The position numbers and the translations under genes are program-made. The notes beneath the pieces are model-generated. The model had not been told where the DNA came from, did no database searches, and worked only from the letters and a program-made list of their open reading frames with translations. 46,383 nucleotides of DNA, from positions 1 through 46,383 of the forward strand of contig JAHBMJ010000494.1 in NCBI GenBank assembly GCA_018398765.1. Reading direction: 5' to 3'. Every line of letters begins with the position of its first letter. Position 1 is the stretch's first letter. Below, one piece after another: positions 12,893-26,433 of the stretch. The stretch is from Chromera velia. Lineage: Eukaryota.

Positions 12893-13478
12893 AGTAGAAC
12901 CGGGTCACATACTCATTCCTCAGTCCCCTGCACACTGCGTTCTTCTTGTTCCTGAGCATTCGATCCTTGTGCTCCCCTGACCACACATATTCTGCTTGCC
13001 CCTGAGCACATTCTCGTCTCCTGTCACCGTGCACCGCATTCTTCTTGCCCCCGTGAATGAGCACACTCTGTTTACATGCCATTGCGCACACGATTATTAC
13101 CGAGCTGAGAACCCTCATGCCTCGGAGTATCTTCGGTCTTCGTGTCTCTTTTCACATGTTCATATTGATGCTGCTTCACTTGAACGCATTCTGTTCTCGA
13201 GTTTCTCCACACACATTTTTCCTTCTATCGTGCATACCCTGTTTTATCCCTCAATATCCAAGCCATCCTCGTGAACGCATTTTGTAGTCTTTGGCTATAT
13301 GAGTCGTCGAAGAATTTTTGGGATCAAAGCAAAGAACTCAGGCCGATGCATCCATGGCAAGAACCTTCTTACAGACAAGTGTTACGATCTCCTCCTTTTT
13401 GGTGGTTGGGCGCCTACCTAGCTATGCCTCACCAAAGTTGACGAGTCCGACAAGTGGCCTTGTCGGTTCGACAAACGG

Positions 13479-13592
13479 TCGACAAGTGAGGTTGAAGGTC
13501 CGACAACTGAGCTTGAAGGTTCGACAAGCGAGATTGAAGGTTCGACAAGTGAGATTTAAGGTTCGACAAGTGAGATTGAAGGTTCGACAACT
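13479..13592. repeat. 21-bp tandem repeat CGACAAGTGAGATTGAAGGTT (~5 copies)
   Basis: Direct tandem units. Further (T)CGACAA motifs at ~13440-13670 and ~13835-14130 may be subterminal repeats of a decayed element. Confidence 0.85.
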
Positions 13593-14285
13593 TAAGAGTC
13601 ACACGCGGAAGTCACTGGTCCGACATACGGAATTGGGGTTCGACATACGGAACCGAAGTCTGACAAACTAAATTACAGATTTCTGGATTCAAATTTCACT
13701 TCTTTGAAAGTAGGATCGGGATTGTCAAGATTATGAATTTCATAAAAAGTTGCAACCTCATACCAGAACCTCACAAAAATATTATGCAATCGTTTAACAT
13801 AAAAAGCTATCTAAGCTAGAGTTCAACAAAAAGTTCGACACGTTCTTTCTCTTTCTATGTGTGTTTCTTTTTTCCCTCCTTAATTTTCTTATATGTTTTA
13901 TGTATTCCATTTTGTTTTTGGTGTATTTTGCCATCTCTAAACGGTCATACAATAAAAAGATCGACAAAAAGATCGACTAAACCTGGAGCACACTCTCCAG
14001 AGAGTTCACAAAAGTTTTTATATCCTTGTTTATGAAACATACAAAATTTCTTTGCACTTCTCTTCCTATGCCCATGCCTGCAGTCCTTTAATGAGCTTGC
14101 CAACAAGTTCGACAAGCGGGTCGACAAGTCGTACTTAGCTATACGATTCTTGCTAGGCCATTTGCATTATGGTCGATCCCTGAGCCTTCCTCTTCTCACC
14201 CAGCGGCCTATACAACCATCTCGGCCATGCAGATCCCACTACGTATAGCAATATTGACAATACTCTGTCTAAAAGCAACGACTAG

Positions 14286-14855
14286 GGGGGGGCACTTCAG
14301 CTGGTTATACCATGGTTACTGACCCTACACCCCCTCCCTACAACGTATGACATGTAACCATCAGTCAAAAGTGGTGCTAATCGATTAGTTACGTTTAGTT
14401 ACTGACAAAACTGGCTTGAAGATTGTTAAACAATTCAGGTTCTGGTCAAAAATGATGAAAAATAATATGTCATACTCACTCTACCACCAAACCCTCCATA
14501 GCCGGGTAACCCATAACCTTTTTTAACCCCCTCAAAAATGAAGTAACCTCCCTTAAAAAGCATTCAAACATGTTCTAAACATCATTTTGAATGTTTTTAA
14601 AAGTTGAAAATTTGGTTAGTTACTGAGGTCAAAATGTTTGTAACTGGGTAACCTGTAACCTTTTTGTATGACAAAGATAAAAAGGGGGTAACCCAAAGTA
14701 ACCACGTAGCCTACACTTTAAAAACACTAGATTTTGATGTAACTTGACCAAGCAGAGCTCCAAGTTGCCGGACTGGCTCGCAAAAATCTGTTTTTGTTCA
14801 CATTTTATATCATTCTGGGCTCAAAATCTACCATAACCTTCTAGAGTGCCCCCCT
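14286..14855. mobile_element. MITE with GGGGGGGCACT TIRs inserted at CTAG
   Basis: CTAG-GGGGGGGCACT...AGTGCCCCCCT-CTAG, with many internal GGTTAC/GTAACC repeats. Confidence 0.8.
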
Positions 14856-15897
14856 CTAGAGCAATGATGGGTTTTAGGCTTATGTACCGACAGGTAAACC
14901 TGGCCTGATCTAGTACCCGACTCATTATTTAGTCACAGTTTACATATGTTTTGCAATTTTGCTTTACTCTAGCTGCTTATTACATTGTTATGAGAAACTA
15001 CATTATCATTTTATTTATGCTCATAATGCAGCTCATTCTATATTAGTTTATTATTATTTAATTTTTTACAATTTTCTGCAGGATTTCTTGGATAATAGAA
15101 AAATACCCGTTAACCCTATAAGGCAGCATATATATATATATTATCTTTCTTTCTAAAAATTTTTTTTCTTCCTTATAAGTTCTCTCTCTTTTTTTTTTTC
15201 TGGGAAACTGCAAGCATAACACATTCTTCCTTTTTATATGAGCGATTCCACGTGCTCATACTTATGGATATCTATGCGTAACACATTCCCCTTTCTATGG
15301 GAAGAGAGAAGGATGTTGCCATACAATAATATAGGTAGTATATACATGCGGAGTAGCGCACTCCTCGTATTATCTGAAACAGCTCTCAAAATGGTATACA
15401 AATGGAGAGAGAACACCATACAATCATTTAATATACATTCTCAAAGTCTCTTGGTGACAGCATGCTAAGATGCGTATACATTGAAGGACACACACATGTT
15501 CATGTAATATGTAGACTGATCGAAACATGCCCTCGTGAATGCAAATTCCACGCATACATATGCATTATGCATCTCAGAGGCTTTCTGAGGGGCAGCAGAA
15601 GTGGTATATAGAGTATTACGTCGGAGTCTTTCGATCCTTCAATCGTTCTTGCACAATAGATGACCTCAAAGGGGCCTAAAAGCTGTTTTAGGTGGAGGGA
15701 TTATTAAGAAAAGAAGACACACAGTTGTTTATCTGTATAAAAGATGCTCATAAGCCAGGCTTGCCACCAGATGGTCTCTCAGATCAGTGCATATGCATGA
15801 GGTAAAACAAGCAGACTGAACGCCGGTTTGAACGTTATATAATAAAAAGCCACAATGAGCGAATCTGGTCCTCTACTACGCAGTAATCGCACTGTCG

Positions 15898-17538
15898 CAG
15901 GGTTGCTTTTCTGGTCGGTAACAGGTCTAGTCTACCGGCAATTGCCGGTAACCGGTAATGGCCTCAGTCTGCTTTCCTTTTACCAACAAAAAAAATGATA
16001 AAAATTAGGGTCCCCCCCAAAAAAATTCGCCTGCGGCGCCAACCTTCAAAAACATGTTTTTAAGTGTTTATTGGCATTTGAAAAGCCTACTTACACACAC
16101 AAAAAAATAAAAAAAATATTAAAAAAATATAAATTTTTAACTGCTTCACCTCTATAAGTAGCAAAAAGTTTTAACAGCTCTATGATAGCGTCTGTCCAAC
16201 AACTACTCTCTTTTTTAACTTTGCTTCATCGCTCACTGTTCTGCTTCTCTGTATATCAGGCCTTGACCATCGTTAGAGAACGATCAAAGTAAGAGACGGA
16301 AAAAGTCTACTTCTTTCTAAAAAACGAGGAGATAGTAAGCCTACGGCTCTGTACTTGCGCAGCCCCTGCCCAGTTTTCTGAGGGGGGAGGAGCAAGAAGA
16401 ACATTGCCTCCTCGAGCTCCCCCCATGGTATGACTGGGTCTAGGGCTGGGTGGTCTCGGACAGAAAGAGGAAGGGGCGGATGCGGCTGCTGCACCGCGGC
16501 TATAAAAAGAAGCCGGAGCGACCAACGCCTGAGGGGACCGAATACTAGCAGAGGCTGGGGCAGAGGGGGGAAAAACACGAATCACGGCTCTTTTTGGAGA
16601 GCCTTCTTCTTCTACGCTGCATCTCCCTCTTTTCTTCCCTCTTCTCTCTGAAGGCGGCGGGTCTTTAGGCCTTTCTTCCCCTGCCTCTTCTTCTTGTACC
16701 TGCACCTCTTCCTCTACTCTGCCCCCCCCGTTTGCCTCGACATCGCACAGGCCCAAATTGCCACCCAATCGACTTCCATTCACACACTTAGCATCCCTGT
16801 CTCTGTCTACTTAATTATAATTATACATAAAGGTCCACTCGCCTTTTGTTCCCATACTCACTCTCCCTGTCTCTGTCTGCTTACACATAAACCTAATTAT
16901 TGCCTTTCGTTCACATACTTGCTCTCCCTGTCTCTACAAATGCCCAACCGCCTTTCGTTCATATACTTGCTTTCCCTGTCTCTGTTCACTTATTTACTTA
17001 TGATTCTTTCATGTCTGCTTGCTTGCAGTCTAAGTTGCAGATGGCAAATCTCTATCCCCCTGGGTTTCCAGAGTCAGAGGCCCTTTGACGCCTCAGATAT
17101 TAGCTTTTAGCAGCGGGTCTTTCTTTGGAGGCTGGAGCACTGGATTGGGGGGACCGCCCAAACTTTGAGGCGGACTCTTTCCGTTGTTGGAATCGCGCAG
17201 GTGCATCTGTTTGGGCCAGCTGTGGTCATTGCGGCCAGCGGTTCTCTGTCTTTGGGCATGAAGTGCAAGACGGGACCCATCGCTTCGACCTGCGTCATCT
17301 TCAAGCACACTGGCCGCATAGCTGTCCCTACAGATGACGCATTAACTTTTTGAATTGACCTTAAGTCTAGCTTTAAATGATTGATTGATTGACCTATAAC
17401 CTAGGACTTAGGTTATTGAAAAGTGTTAGTGACTGTTAGAATTCTACCAAGTCTTTGCCAACTGCCACCAAACTCTGCCGGTAATTACCAGTTACCGGTA
17501 ATGAAGCTTGTCTACCGCCGAAAAAATCGGTAACCCTG
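15898..17538. mobile_element. Non-autonomous hAT element (CAGGGTT termini)
   Basis: CAGGGTTGC...GTAACCCTG with 8-bp TSD CACTGTCG/CACTGTTG (15890-15897, 17539-17546) and ACCGGTA-like subterminal repeats at both ends. Confidence 0.88.
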
Positions 17539-20500
17539 CACTGTTGAGATGTCGTCTATGACTTTGAGCTCTTCCTATGTAGAGCCGTTTTCGGTCTGCT
17601 CTCAGATTGTAGTTCGGTCTGATACAAATATCAGACAAAAGCAGCATGAAGCAGCAAGGTTAGACAGTTTGAGTACGTTCACACGCGCACCAAGTATTTT
17701 TGCTTAACTTGGGGGGCACTTTTGTTGCATGCTCCTCAAGCGATAATCGGAGTGCATACAAAAGTGCATGTATGCATTTAATGCGCGCGCGCGTCTGACC
17801 TTCAAGTTGTTGTCTTGCATAGTTCTGACTAGCTTGCTTTCTGGAATTGCCATTGAAGCAAACTTGCATCTAAAAGTATTCCAACAACAGACAGATATCA
17901 GCACAACGCAGTAGAAGGCTACCAATGCAGTTTTGAAAGGGGGGATGTCTCATTGTTCGTTTGTGGACGTTTGTGGAGGGAAATCGGCTGGCACGTGGAC
18001 AGGTCATGGGCGAGGCGCTCCGTTCTTTCTGCGTGTGAGTGTGTAGGTGTGTGTGTCTTTTGATTGGATAGCATTTCCTCATAGGTTTACTAGTTGTAGG
18101 CGGGCCCTCCCACGAGTCAGTAAGCCTAGAGTACTCACGTACCCCTTACCTGTTTAATGTGGTGAGTCAGGAGCAAGCTCAGGTTTTCGTATATTCAGTC
18201 ACCCGTTGCTCTTCCTCCTTCCCCCCGTTCGTATGGACAAATAGTTTTGTAAAAGATTTATGGTCTGCATCCATGTACTTCCCTACGCACAGGGTTATAC
18301 ATGCTACAAATATCAATACACATATATATTCATCTTTACATATAACAGCATCCCACGCAGTGTTAGGTCTGTTCATGGGTGTTGACGTTTATCAGACTGA
18401 GACTTCTCCCGTATGGCAACTTCTACTACAGTCAATGTTGACTGTTCCTTCTGTTCGGAAATATTGATTCATTTCTTTCTACCATTTCTTGTAGGGTTGT
18501 GGTCTTCCTGATCTTTCCTCACGTCGACCCCTTCCCCGTCCCTTTAGCGATCCACTGACTTGCACATCAACTCCTTCCTTGCTCTTTCACACATGCCTTA
18601 GATCGCATCTTTCATAGGAGGCCAGGTTCTCACCCCTGCCTCCAGAACCCCAGGTTCTCTCCCCCGGTCTCCTTCCTTTCTCTCTCGCTGCTGTATTACG
18701 AGGTCAGGTCCTCACCTCTGCTTCAGGAGATCTGGCCTCTCTCCGCCTGTTCTCCTTTTTTTTTTTTTTTGGGTGACCTTTTGGGAGATCTGGCCTCTCT
18801 CCACCTGTTCTCCCTTTCTGGTGACCTTTTTCACGAGCTTGTATCGATCTGAGACGCATGCCTACCCATCATATTCATGCATTCACCCATGCACATACAT
18901 TTTATCAGTACAGGAATCATACATGCATCTCAGAAAGTCCCCATGCATTTCTTTATGTATGATCAGCAACGTTGGCCGATTGGAATTTCATCAGATTTTG
19001 CAGTTGTCCGTCTCCCTTCCCCGGCCAACACGTTCCTTCCTGTCCTTACCTGTTTCTAACTGTCCCTCATTGTCCTCGCACCTTGTTTTAGCTTCTGCAC
19101 TTGCACCTGTCTCCTATTTCCACAGTTCTCATGTCTGTCTGTTGGTGCAGACCGACTAAATGCGGTGTACGGTTCCATTTTCATGCCCTTCCGAGGTCTT
19201 CCGCGGTTGTTGAAGACGCCGTTCCATTGCAGGACACCGGTCAGTCCAAGCGGGATCCCCTTCGTATAGACGAGTAGTTGTTGCAACTGGGGGCTGTCAG
19301 CAGAGCCAGAGGCTTACGAGCAGCCTATTAACTCCATGAACGCATGCACTAAAGATGACCCTCTCTTTCTTTTTCTTGTGAGTGAAGGTCAGCTTCATAG
19401 TGCTGCAGGGCTTTTAGAGACGGTGTGATAGCTAAATACGGCTAGGTGCTGTTCAGGGGAAGAGAGGATCTCAAAGAGAGACGGGGAAAGATCTCCGACT
19501 TCCTTCTTGTATAGAACGGGTCATTTTTCTTTGCTCTCTGTCTTTCTTTTGCTGTTTGCATTCCTGCTAATCATGCAGCTCAACAATGCTTGCAGGTTTC
19601 CGATTTTTGTGGCCTCAGTAGGGGTCGACGTGCGGAGCGGGTGCGGAGACGGCTGGGGCGGTGCAAAACGATCCTACGTAGACGGATCGAAAAAAGTGAA
19701 TGGGAGACCAATGCCAGAGTATTTCAAGCACCCTATCTGGTTGGTTGGGCGCCCTTAATATGAGGTCATTGGGTGTTTTGCTTCATGTGTGAGGGGGGCT
19801 TCCATGTCGCTCTTGTAGTCCGCAACTGGGGTAGAAGTGCGAAGGCAGGCGAGTCACCAAAATAATCCTATGTAGACGGACGAATACGACACGTGGGAAG
19901 GCATTGATGAAGTATTTCAGGCACTCTGTCTGGCTGGTTTGGCGCCTCCAATATGAGCGTGCCACGTCCTTTGTTTCATTCATGAGGGGAGGTCTCGTGC
20001 TGCATCTGCACTTGAAGAGACGGCATTCCTCGTGGGGAGATGGCAACGTGTCCCTTTATACCACCACTCAAAAAAAACCCAACAGCCGCTCTCATGTCCC
20101 TTTCTACCATTCTTATGCTCATACAGAACTGCGGAGGCGGCCCTGCTGTCTCATTTTCTCATGCATTTTCCTTTCACAGACCTTTACATTCAAGCTGCTT
20201 GTATTCGCGTGGTATGCGCTTCTTATCACTTGCCTTGAGTGCAGTACTAGTAATTCTGATGTGGCAGGACTGTTAGGTTGGGCGGAGCAATAGAAGACAG
20301 CAAGATCGTCTGGCAGAGACTTATTGGGTATAGAAGGAAAAAAAAATGGCCGGCTGAATACATCTTGAATAGGGAAGGAGGGAAAGCGAGGAACAGAGGG
20401 AAAGGAGCGGAAAGAGAAGAAGAGGGAAGAAGAGAGAAGAAGAGAGAAATGGGAAGAGAGAGAAGCAGTAGGAAAGTACCCGCTGTAGCGATGAAAGAGC

Positions 20501-21330
20501 GCGGTAAGGGCCCTTGAAAAGAATTCTTTCCGCTTTTTGCATGCCTTATTCATTGACGCCTCCTTGTTTTCTCTTTTTTGTCTTACTGGGTGTGAGTGGA
20601 CCGCTTTCCAAGATTGAGTCATGTTCTGTTCATTCGGATCTTCCCTCTCTGTCTCTCTTTTTTTTTTTTTTCTTCTTCTTCCTCTCAGAGATCCGGCCAC
20701 GTACGGTTACTCACTCAAACCCATGTATTAGTCATGCATTCCCGTTGTCGGTCGATCCACTACTCTTTCAATCCTTTTCTCTTCTCCTTCTTTTTTTCAG
20801 GAGGACAGCTTATGGGAGGTCCATCACTCACTCAGGCGCGAACCCTACCTTTGACGCTGAACTCCATCTTTTTAGACGGGCATGACGCATTTCTAAAACC
20901 GGGATGGAAGGACAAAGAGGTTGAAGTCAGAGACGACTGGTAAGTCTGATCTGGGAAGGGCAGTTTGGAAAGAGGGAGGGACGTCGAGGAAGAAAAGAAG
21001 AGAAAAGAATAAAAAAGAAAACGATATAATCAAGTCGCTTCATCGCTTCCGTTTTTCTCTTTGGTCCCTCAAGGTTTTCATTTATTCGTTCCTTTAGTCA
21101 TCCATTCCTTCATTCATTCATTCGTTCAGTTGTTCATTCACTCATTTATCCAATTGTTTGTTCCTTCATAATCATACTTTCGTCCGTGCATGCTCATCCG
21201 TGTTTCTGTAATTCACTCATTTCCTTGCTTATCCACTCACTTGCTTTTTGCTTGCATATGCATCCTTCAATTTCCCATTCTTCCATTTATCTATCCACTT
21301 ACGTCTCTGCATTTTTCAATTCACTCCTAG

Positions 21331-21497
21331 ATTCACTTTTCCTTTACGCATCGTTCATTTTCTCGTGCATGCATTCCTTGATTCACTCGTTCCTTTGTGC
21401 ATCGTTTATTTACTCGTGCATGCATTCCTCGATTCACTCGTTCCTTTACGCATCGTTCATTTACTTGTGCATGCATTCTTTGACTTCCTCGTTCCTT
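21331..21497. repeat. ~51-bp tandem repeat, ~3.3 copies
   Basis: Unit ATTCACTCGTTCCTTTACGCATCGTTCATTTACTCGTGCATGCATTCCTCG. Confidence 0.85.
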
Positions 21498-21521
21498 CTA
21501 CTTATTCATGCATTTACCTAG

Positions 21522-22095
21522 GGGGGGGCACTCTTGGGCTCATATAGGGTTACAAGTGCAAAAATGACATAAAAAATGAACCAAAAAACATTTGGACGAG
21601 CTTTTCACACAAGCTGGAGGTCCGGCATGTTGAGTTACTTCGAAATCAATCACTTTTACTCTATAGCTTATGTGGTTACATGAGGTTACACCTCTTATTA
21701 TATATGTCCCCTTGCAAGGTTACAGGTTACAAAGTTACAGGCGGTTTTGAGGTCCGTAACCGACCAAAAAGTCAACTTTCAAAAACTCTTCAAATTACTT
21801 CAAAAACACTTTAAAATGCATGTAGACGAAGGTTACATCACTTTTGAAGAGGGTTATTTTAGGTTACAGGTTACAAGGTTACAAGGGGTTTGGCTACAAA
21901 GTGAAAGGGACACATCGTTTTTCATCAGTTTCTCATATAACCTTAATCAACAGAAGGTGTTTTCAATATTTTTAGACGTAACCTGATGAGATTGATCGAT
22001 TGGGACCACTTTTGAAATAAAAGTAACATTATAGGGGGGTATACCCTTATGTATAGGGGGTGTTGAAACCTGTAACCCAATATAAGTGCCAGGCC
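21522..22095. mobile_element. Diverged inverted relative of the 14286-14855 MITE
   Basis: Starts CTAG-GGGGGGGCACTCT and is colinear with the reverse complement of the 14.3-kb element. Far end decayed (AGTGCCAGGCC-CTAT). Confidence 0.7.
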
Positions 22096-23170
22096 CTATG
22101 CATTTACTCATCCATGCTCTTTTCACTTTGTCGTTCCCGGTCGTTCCTTACTCATGTAGCGTGAGTCATGCTTGCTCATCCGTTCATTTATTCATCAGTG
22201 TCCCCTTTCGTCCCAAAAACTTCACTGCCTCTCGATTTGTGACACTCATGCAGCTCTTCAGCCGCCCTTCTCTTCCCCTATGTTCATTGTCCGGTGCCCT
22301 AGCTCTTGCTGTGCCCGCATGTTGCCGGCCTCTGGGCAAGGGCCTTATCTTCCATGTTTTTCCCCTTCGCTTCTCTTTCTTTCAACCGGGTAAAAGGCTC
22401 TATGCTGCTCTATCTGCCCCACCCGTTACCGCAAAAATCGAGCTTCTCTTATTACACTCAGCCGTAGCTGTTTTCTCCATCCGTTCATTTCTCATTTATC
22501 CAGGCTCTCGTGCATCATTTGCTTACACACGTATTCTTATGTGCATGCTCTTCCTTCTCTTCTTCCGTGCAGCACCCTGAACACGCATGCATTCGGGCAC
22601 TATGCCATATTAATATTGATATGACTCTCGGGGTTTCCATCAGGCGGTCGATGGTTCACTCGTTCACTCATCTAGGTGTGTCTTGCATGTCAGCCATTCC
22701 GCTATAAAACCCTGTATCGCCTTTTTACTGAGCATAAGGTTATGAAGGTTCCTGCCCTACCTTCGTTTGATTGCTGATTCCATCATTCACTTATTAATTC
22801 ACTACTCAGGCTCAAAGGGAAAAAGAAAGAAAGAAAGAGAAGGAGAGGAAAGAAAGGAGAAAGACCAAACAGATGAAAGGTAAAGAGAGCAGTGAACGAG
22901 GAAATTGAAGGCAAGAGAGAGGGATTCATAAGAGGAACCCAGTCCAGATGGACCAAGTACCGGACCGAGTGCCTATAGAGAGAGAGAGAGAAAGGAGTGA
23001 AGAAAGGAAGAAAGGAAGGACAAAGAGTAGGGATAAGTTGTACAAAAGGAAAGAAAAAGACGAGGAGGAGGCATGAGACAGATGAAGAAGACAGACGAAG
23101 AGATACATATACAATCGCTCTATAATAGCACTCTGTGCTATTCATAGATATTTATATACCCTGTCTCACA

Positions 23171-23190
23171 CTGCCCCTTTTCTATCTCTG
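23171..23190 (-). promoter_or_regulatory. Polypurine tract preceding the putative 3' LTR (TGTGAGACA at 23170)
   Basis: Minus strand AGAGATAGAAAAGGGGCAG|TGTGAGAC, downstream of the chromodomain. Confidence 0.7.
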
Positions 23191-23279
23191 CAGGTTTCCT
23201 TCACTGGATTCGGTGCTTGGAACGTTCTCTGTACCCGTTCTCCGATGTGTCTGCCTATGACCCTGGTTCCTCCTTTCCT

Positions 23280-25029
23280 CGCGGTACTGTTCAACCAAGT
23301 CCGGGTATGAGCAGTTATTCTCGTAACACCACTCAGGTTAAAGGTAACTAGCAAACTTAAAGCGGAACCAGGTGTTCCCCTTTCTGTCTGTTTTCTCTCT
23401 ACACACACGTTCCACTTCATATTTTTTACCTTCCTCAATTTTTTCCTCCCCCGCTTCCTCATTTACTTCCAACTTGACCCGTTTATTTGGGCCACTTGCC
23501 CCCATCACTTCTGCAACTGTCTGTCTTGCCTCTCTTTGACTGCCTGTTGAACTTCGTTCTGTCTTTCCTGCGGGTCTCGGGGAAGCAGTTGGCTCTCCCC
23601 GTGCCCGTTCTCGACCCCTCGCTCCCTCCTCTACCTTATCGCTCATTTCCGGGTCACGACTGTAGTACGGCTTGACTCTACACCTGCTCACAACCTTCAG
23701 CCGTTGGGCGCCTGGTCTTTTGAGAACCAGGGCGAAATTTAGCCTGACTTGCTCAACCCGATATGGCCCTTCCCATTTTGGGGCCAATTTCTCACTCACC
23801 CCCTTGTGAGCATCTGTCCTCAACCATACATACTGTTTTTCTTTGTACTCGATTGGTCCTTACGGTGCTTTCCCTCCCCCTTTCTGCTGCTGTTTTTGTA
23901 GGATTCTTATCATTTTTGACTCTGCTGCCTGTTGCCAGAACTGCTACTGTAGGCGGGATTCTTTCTGGACTTTACCAAGGAGGTCAATGTAATCCTCGGC
24001 AAAGACCCCGGGCTGGTCTTCTGTCAGGTTTGTCAAGAGACGGGATGGCTTGTTTGGGTGGCAGCCATAGAGAAAGAAAAACGGGGACATGCCCATGCCT
24101 TCATGGGTTTGGGTATTAAAAATGTATTGGGCGAAGGGGCAGTATAGCGGCCAGTCTTGCTGGTGTTTGTGGATGTAGGCTGATAGAATTTCCTTCAGCC
24201 ATCTGTGGAACTGTTCGAGCCGGGCATTCGTTTGGGGGTTATATGCGGTCGAGACAATACGTCGGGTATTGCACAAATCACTAGACAAATCATAGATTGC
24301 CTGAATGATTGGATCAAGGAAGTTGCTTCCCTGGTCACTTAAAAGTTTTAAAGGTGTCTCCCACCTTAAAATGATTCTTTCAATGAGGGCTCTGGCTACA
24401 GTTGGGCCCTTCGCATCTGTGAGTGCTACTATTTCCGTCCATCAACTTGTGCAGTCCATTGCAGTGAGGATCCACTTAAACCGTCTGCCCTCTATCTGAT
24501 TGGACAGTACAAAAGGGCCCACCAGATCGACTACAAACCTCTGGAGTGGTTCAATAAGGGTTTCTTGGATTATGAATGTGTCTCTTTCTGCTTTCCGTTT
24601 CCTCTCTTGGCATATTTTGCAGGTCTTTACGAACCTTTTGATGTCTGCAAAGACATTCCCCCAATACAGGTCAGCCGTCAGATCTCTAATCATCTTCTAT
24701 ATGCTTGCATGGCCAGCGACCAGACAGGTGTGATAGTTGTGTGGTGCTTCTCTCTGCAATGCCTTAGGGACAACCAGGAGGAAACGCGTTCCCTTCTTGT
24801 GTTCCGAGGCTGGGGGTAGCATTCGTAAAAGGAGGTCCCGGTCTATTACATATATGCTGGCTTGTACATCAAAACGGAGACTGTGCTCTGCCTTCTCTTT
24901 CTGAACCCCCCCCTTTTTGGTGAGATACTGAATAAGCGGTTTCAGTTCTTCATCCTCCTTCTGTTTTTCTATGAATTGCTCCCTCTTCCACATTTTGCAG
25001 ATCGTTTCTTCGGCGGGAAGGGTGGACAC
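23280..25029 (-). pseudogene. Integrase (HHCC, core, GPY/F) plus C-terminal chromodomain, fragmented
   Basis: HNYHTCLVAGH...CKICQ; VVDLVGPF; STAYNPQTNARLEQFH; KLAPKWEGPYRV; YEVERVCREKTDRKGNTWFRFKFASYL*PEW. Confidence 0.92.
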
Positions 25030-25185
25030 TGGGGCTACTACAATTTCATCTTTTGTATCGGAATCCGGACGGACAGGGGGCCAGCCCTTATGGATAAAGG
25101 GCTCTCGGGTCAGTCCATCTGCATCTAGATGGCTTCTTCCCGGGCAGTGCTCTACTGTATAGTTGTAGATACTCAGCTTCAGGCT

Positions 25186-26292
25186 CTATCGATGCAGTCT
25201 CGCATTCATATCCTTGAAGGAGTCTAGATAGAGGAGAGCTTTATGATCGGTGACTACTTTGAAGAGAATACCGTATAAGTACTCTCGGTAGTGGTATACC
25301 CTCCATACGACTGCATACGCCTCTATCTCTGATATCGACCACCGAGCCTCAACGGTGGTGAGCCGGCGGCTTGCATACGAAATAACCCTTGCCCTCCCTT
25401 CTTTGTCCTCTTGCAAGAGGATAGCTGCCACCGCAGCTAGGCTGGCATCCGTGTGAAGAATGAAAGGCTTGGTGAAATCGGGGTAAACAAGCATATCTGC
25501 TGTGGTCAGTGCCTGTTTGAGTGCTCTAAAGGCTTCCTCTTGGGGTGCCTGCCACACGAAGGGGGTTCCCTTCCGAGTTAGCTCCAAAAGTGGAGCAGCG
25601 GTGCCGCTAAAATTGGGAACGAACGATCGATAGTATCCGCACACCTCCATGAAGCTTTTGATCTCTTTCACGTTTTTTGGGGCTCTTACTTCTGTGATGG
25701 CTTTCACTTTTTCTTCACAGGGGCGCAGGCCTTCTTGAGAGACCTGGAAGCCAAGGTATTGGAGCGAGGTTTGACCAAACCGGCATTTTTGGAAGGCTAG
25801 CCTCACATTGGCTTCAGTCAGCCTCTCCAGTATTCTTTTGAGATCGGATAAATGCTCTTCCCAACTGCTGCTGCTGCTGTATAAAATATCGTCCACATAT
25901 ACATTCGCGCAGGGAAGGTCACCGACCAGGCGGTCGATCGTCCTTTGGAACTTAGACGGACTGATCGAGAGGCCCATCGGGAGACTCTTATACTGGAATT
26001 GCCCCCACTTAATATAAAAGGCAAGCTTTGGTCGGTCTATCAGCCGCGCTACTAACTGAAAGAAAGCAGAAGGGAGATCAAGGAGTGAAAACAGTTTTTT
26101 CCCTCTCAGGGAGCTTAGGATCTTTTTGATGTCCCCCAGGGGCCAGTGGTCCCATGCTATCACCTTGTTGAGGGCTCGGAAGTCTACTGTGAGCCTGAGC
26201 TTCCCCGAGGATTTCCGTACGAGACAGACAGGTGCCCCCCAGGGAGAACGAGCAGGCTCAATGATGTCCTGTTTAATCAGTTCATTTATCAA
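25186..26292 (-). pseudogene. Gypsy reverse transcriptase / RNase H
   Basis: SPWGAPVCLV, LRLTVDFRALN, LPMGL, YVDD, FILHTDAS, VVTDHKAL. Flanked by stops within pol. Confidence 0.96.
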
Positions 26293-26433
26293 CTCCTTTG
26301 CCTCCCCTTCCAGCGCGTAAGGGATCGGTCGGGGCCGAACGTAGATCGGCTTTGCATCCCCTGTATCTATTTGGATTTCGGGGCCTTTGATTTTTCTAAT
26401 ATCCGTGGGGGTGGGGGCTAAACAAGCAAACTC

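Larger units (their letters stand above)
8880..13378. repeat. Segmental duplication block: satellite copy B plus duplicated ~600 bp unit (8880-9475 matches 11520-11623 + 12893-13367)
   Basis: Direct colinear similarity, e.g. GAATGAGCACACTCTGTTTACATGCCA at ~9139 and ~13055. Confidence 0.85.
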
